DNA of 34,489 nucleotides from a virus (lineage: Duplodnaviria; Heunggongvirae; Uroviricota; Caudoviricetes): IMG/VR virus record IMGVR_UViG_2541047695_000003. One strand, written 5' to 3'. Shown here piece after piece: positions 31,344-34,489 of this stretch. The translations under genes were made by a program, and so were the position numbers. Numbering within the stretch: position 1 is the stretch's first letter; the number at the start of each line of letters is the position of its first letter. The notes beneath the pieces were generated by a model. The model was not told the origin of the DNA, did not search any database, and saw only the letters and a program-made list of their open reading frames with translations.

Positions 31344-33023
31344 TTAAATTCCAAATTCCTGTAATGGACCTGGTATTTCCTCTTCTGGTTTCCAGTTCTT
31401 ATCTGTCAGCATGTCTAAACATGGATGCAGAACAAGCCCGTTGCTCTCCAGAATCTGCCTATCATTGATAGTTTTCAAATCAATGAATATCCGGCCTTTC
31501 CTCGTTCCTCTTGAATTTTCTATTACAACTCTCTGGGTCTTTCCATCGATGTATTCCAGCACAAACAAGTTTTTATTTCTGTCAATCCTGCTACACCCGA
31601 TCCGCTTTAGAGCTTGCTTAATCTTAAACCGGACCTTTAGTCGTTCCTCGTTATAAACATCTTCTAAATCAAATTCTGCGAGCTTCTCCCAGCCTTGAGA
31701 GTCCACAGAATACATTTCCTCTTCTGCCATCTTGATCTGATTGTAGAGTGTTTCACGCTCGCTATTGAGGGTAGTAATCTGATCGGCTAGCTCCTTCGTT
31801 GCTCCTGTCATAGCAGAAAGGGCAATCAGGTTATCAATCTTGCGTGATATTTCATCAACCTGTACTTTCAACGCCGGAACCGGATTAGCCTTGTCCTCAG
31901 CAATCCATATTTTATCAGCCAGCAATTGCAATACAGCTTTCTCTAATTGATCACCTCGAAAACTCCAGTTTGGATGCTCGCAATCAAGTCTACGTGAACG
32001 GGTCGCATCACATGTATAACGATACTGGTCAGAACGTTTGTTCGTTCCCTTCACTTTAACCATAGCGCAACCGCAATGATCACATTTCAATAGGCCAATA
32101 CCACTAAGCAGGGGGATCGGTTTAACTTCTTCCTTGTCTCCAAAGTTCCATGCTCTAGCACCAATATTTTTCTTAAGGTGATAGAACGTAGCATCATCAA
32201 TAACACGAGGGTAATAATCCTTTAACTCATAGTTAACACCATCTACAGAGACTTCCTTGATACCAATCAAAGCGCGGGTATGGAACAACCTTTCAACCAT
32301 TGCCCGTGACCATTTTGAATGCTTCTTGTTGCTTACTGCTGGTGGCGGTGTATATGTCTCGTTAAGGTGATCCAGTATCTCGGCGGTTGAACGTCCATTC
32401 TTCCGTAATTCCACAATCTCCTGAACAACAGGGAAGTATGTAGGATGAGGCAACACATAACCGGAAGTGGTATCCGTCCACCACATATTCTTTCCAACTT
32501 CCTCGATTGCCACTGCCGGATTCTGGGGATTTTCTTGATGGGCTTTAATCTTAATCAGTGCGCTTGAGTTAGTACGATTGCGCTTAGTCTGGCTTTCCTC
32601 ATTACCACGGATGAATAAAAGGATGGAGAACATCAGGTCCATCGGGTTAGCGGTAACAGTATCCAGCGAGTAGATCTTGTTATCCATGCCAGTAACAATG
32701 GTTATTCCCCTACGGATGATTGAAAGGAATAACTCCTGCGCACTGACAATATCGGCACGGGATAAGCGGTCCAAGTTTTCAATGAATAGCCAGCTACCAA
32801 CAGGAACGGATCTACCAATTGCATCAAGGAAACGAGATAGCGCCCCTGTTTTAGAGTTAGCACCCTTAAACGCAGATACACCCAGATCCTGATAATCATT
32901 TACCAGTTCAAGGTCATACTTTGCCGCAACCTCTCTCGCCATCCTGATTTGTCGTTCATAACTCGAACCATCATTCTGACGCATAGACGAGAAGCGAATA
33001 TACGAATACAGTTTAGTTTTCAT
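31344..33023 (-). CDS. int: Large serine recombinase (integrase)
   Basis: KLYSYIRFSSMRQNDGSSYERQ catalytic Ser motif, recombinase domain, zinc ribbon CDHCGC...YTCD...CEHP, C-terminal coiled coil; ATG 33023 preferred over the TTG at 33038. Confidence 0.95.
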   Translation of the reverse strand: MKTKLYSYIRFSSMRQNDGSSYERQIRMAREVAAKYDLELVNDYQDLGVSAFKGANSKTGALSRFLDAIGRSVPVGSWLFIENLDRLSRADIVSAQELFLSIIRRGITIVTGMDNKIYSLDTVTANPMDLMFSILLFIRGNEESQTKRNRTNSSALIKIKAHQENPQNPAVAIEEVGKNMWWTDTTSGYVLPHPTYFPVVQEIVELRKNGRSTAEILDHLNETYTPPPAVSNKKHSKWSRAMVERLFHTRALIGIKEVSVDGVNYELKDYYPRVIDDATFYHLKKNIGARAWNFGDKEEVKPIPLLSGIGLLKCDHCGCAMVKVKGTNKRSDQYRYTCDATRSRRLDCEHPNWSFRGDQLEKAVLQLLADKIWIAEDKANPVPALKVQVDEISRKIDNLIALSAMTGATKELADQITTLNSERETLYNQIKMAEEEMYSVDSQGWEKLAEFDLEDVYNEERLKVRFKIKQALKRIGCSRIDRNKNLFVLEYIDGKTQRVVIENSRGTRKGRIFIDLKTINDRQILESNGLVLHPCLDMLTDKNWKPEEEIPGPLQEFGI

Positions 33024-33036
33024 ACCATTTCCAAAC

Positions 33037-33072
33037 AAAAACGCCCCTACCGCGTATTATAACGATAGGGGC
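33037..33072 (-). terminator. Terminator of the secreted-protein gene, with a TATAAT inside its loop
   Basis: Minus strand GCCCCTA-16 nt-TAGGGGC-G-TTTTT; the loop contains TATAAT (33061-33056). Confidence 0.6.
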
Positions 33073-33086
33073 TAGGTGATTAAAGA

Positions 33087-33506
33087 TTAAAGAATTTCAC
33101 GGCAGCTAATCAGGGAATAAGACGTATCACCTTTTTTAACATCAAATATAGGAGAACCATCAATAGAATGCAGATATTTGATGTAAGACTTACCATCTTC
33201 GGAACCATAATATTCTTCTTTCTCGTTCTTATCTTCTTTCAGTTTCGGGCTTTTGATTGTTTTATCAAATACCGGATCGTTGAAAGCAAATTGACTATTA
33301 TCATCATTCACTCGAACCTTTACACCGATAAAACCACGGTATTTGCCAGACGGCGCATGATAATAACGGTCGCCATCACTCAGGTAGCGTGTATCATCTC
33401 CTTTATGTTCGAAGTAGGAATTGCACACATAATAGGTATAGGTATTAGCATTCGCAGCACCAACCAAACCCAGAGCAAGAACAACACCCGCGATAATCTT
33501 TTTCAT
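33087..33506 (-). CDS. Secreted (Sec signal peptide) Tyr-rich protein, moron-like
   Basis: MKKIIAGVVLALGLVGAANA-NT signal sequence without a lipobox; two Cys; own terminator; adjacent to int. Confidence 0.85.
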   Translation of the reverse strand: MKKIIAGVVLALGLVGAANANTYTYYVCNSYFEHKGDDTRYLSDGDRYYHAPSGKYRGFIGVKVRVNDDNSQFAFNDPVFDKTIKSPKLKEDKNEKEEYYGSEDGKSYIKYLHSIDGSPIFDVKKGDTSYSLISCREIL

Positions 33507-33551
33507 AGTAGAATTTCCTCTTGTTATTTGAATTACGATATATTTATATCG

Positions 33552-33677
33552 TTAAAAGTTGATGCTGATTACCAAACCAAACACAACCGCACCAATCAAA
33601 TCAATCCAGTTAATACACAATCCGCTATATTCTTTCTTGAATGTCTTAGATGAAATGCCATCATGAAATTGTTTCAT
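33552..33677 (-). CDS. Micro-protein, 41 aa, C-terminal TM helix
   Basis: Hand-found: MKQFHDGISSKTFKKEYSGLCINWIDLIGAVVFGLVISINF; GGGGTGA SD. Confidence 0.5.
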   Translation of the reverse strand: MKQFHDGISSKTFKKEYSGLCINWIDLIGAVVFGLVISINF

Positions 33678-33680
33678 TGC

Positions 33681-33761
33681 TCACCCCATACTAACGACAA
33701 GATAAGAAAGACTAATAATAGTTGTGAGACTACCTCCCACGAATGAGATAAAAGCTAACAT
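33681..33761 (-). CDS. Hydrophobic micro-peptide, 26 aa
   Basis: Hand-found: MLAFISFVGGSLTTIISLSYLVVSMG; TGGAGAA SD; its end supplies the SD of the next micro-ORF. Confidence 0.4.
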   Translation of the reverse strand: MLAFISFVGGSLTTIISLSYLVVSMG

Positions 33762-33775
33762 GTTTGATTCTCCAT

Positions 33776-33803
33776 TTAAAAAGCGGTGGGAATTGCACCC
33801 ACC
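33776..33803 (-). terminator. Rho-independent terminator
   Basis: Minus strand GGTGGG-tgcaatt-CCCACC-GC-TTTTT. Confidence 0.7.
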
Positions 33804-33817
33804 AAATTAGAAATTAA

Positions 33818-34204
33818 TTAAGCGCGAACGATGGTCAGAGTATCCAGCAAACCTTTTTCGTATAATTCGAAACACGTTTTATATTGCTCAATCTGGAAAC
33901 CATAGCGGGTGATCTTATTCAGTAGGACAATCGCGCTATTCTCATCTAGGTATTGTCCTTGCTGTCCAATTACATAAGTCTCACGATTCAATCTCAGCTT
34001 ACGGAAACCTTTAACACCTAATTCCTTAGCCACCGCTTTAATCTCTTTAATCTCACCCTCAGCCGCAACATATTCAGCGTCGATAATCTCAGGTGATGAT
34101 CTCAGTGCTACCAGAACTAAGGCCATTGCTTCTTCTTCTGTACGCGCAACACCAGCTTTCTCGAAAGTCATCTCACCAAATTTACGAATCATGATATTGA
34201 ACAT
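33818..34204 (-). CDS. Hypothetical protein, 128 aa
   Basis: ORF followed by its own terminator; no motif recognised. Confidence 0.75.
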   Translation of the reverse strand: MFNIMIRKFGEMTFEKAGVARTEEEAMALVLVALRSSPEIIDAEYVAAEGEIKEIKAVAKELGVKGFRKLRLNRETYVIGQQGQYLDENSAIVLLNKITRYGFQIEQYKTCFELYEKGLLDTLTIVRA

Positions 34205-34216
34205 TGTTTTGCTGCC

Positions 34217-34489
34217 TTACTTCTTGCTGATAAACTCTTTAGCGATAAAGTTGATTACTTCTTTCAGCTTCTTGTCTGTATCGATGCACGCCGGTAATTC
34301 TTCTTTAATCTCCTGCGGCAGATACACATTCCCTTTAAAGTGGAGGAAACCATCATTACCAATCATGTAGGAGAACATCCATTCACAATCGTTATCCGCT
34401 TCCCAGAACGCTACGGTCTCATCGCCAATCAAGGTAATGTCCATGTTGCGACGTGCTGCGTAGTTGATGATTGCTTTGCCGATGTTCAT
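34217..34489 (-). CDS. Hypothetical protein, at least 90 aa, touching the window edge
   Basis: ORF begins with an ATG exactly at the last 3 nt of the window, so the true start may lie beyond it. Confidence 0.6.
   Translation of the reverse strand: MNIGKAIINYAARRNMDITLIGDETVAFWEADNDCEWMFSYMIGNDGFLHFKGNVYLPQEIKEELPACIDTDKKLKEVINFIAKEFISKK

Overview
The window reads as a near-contiguous stretch of an AT-rich, siphovirus-type temperate phage or prophage. All function calls come from motifs read by eye; no database or HMM search was possible.

Layout:
- 1-2300: two hydrophobic micro-ORFs on the + strand, then leftward early genes.
- 1970-3400: a ~1.4 kb hub with no convincing ORF. It holds a strong leftward promoter, two dyad sites, a phased iteron array, a GC-rich island, CTAG-rich repeats and UUCG-capped hairpins.
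- 3399-5196: rightward early genes, including an acidic protein and a Rha-like regulator.
- 5372-6239: two minus-strand HTH paralogs.
- 6327-27854: a ~22 kb late operon. Order: GpA-family large terminase, gpW-like protein, portal, protease-scaffold-capsid fusion, two neck proteins, an inserted fibre module, major tail protein, G/G-T chaperones, tape measure, four-gene tip module ending in a J-like protein.
- 27960-29861: lysis-region genes with an M15/LAS-type endolysin.
- 30272-31270: a GIY-YIG/T5orf172-like nuclease.
- 31344-33023: a large serine recombinase.
- 33087-33761: a moron-like cluster of a secreted protein plus two micro-peptides.

Most unusual observations:
1. The inserted fibre module at 13274-18650: a tail-tube paralog with a fibre-like domain, a 1174-aa self-cleaving fibre, and three tandem small paralogs.
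2. The iteron, GC-island and CTAG non-coding hub, together with the absence of a canonical small terminase gene.
3. A capsid gene ending in UGA followed by 43 in-frame sense codons, plus a nested internal start.
4. The exact 9-mer TTATAAATA, often followed by a GTGAA/TTCAC hairpin, recurring upstream of early and accessory genes.
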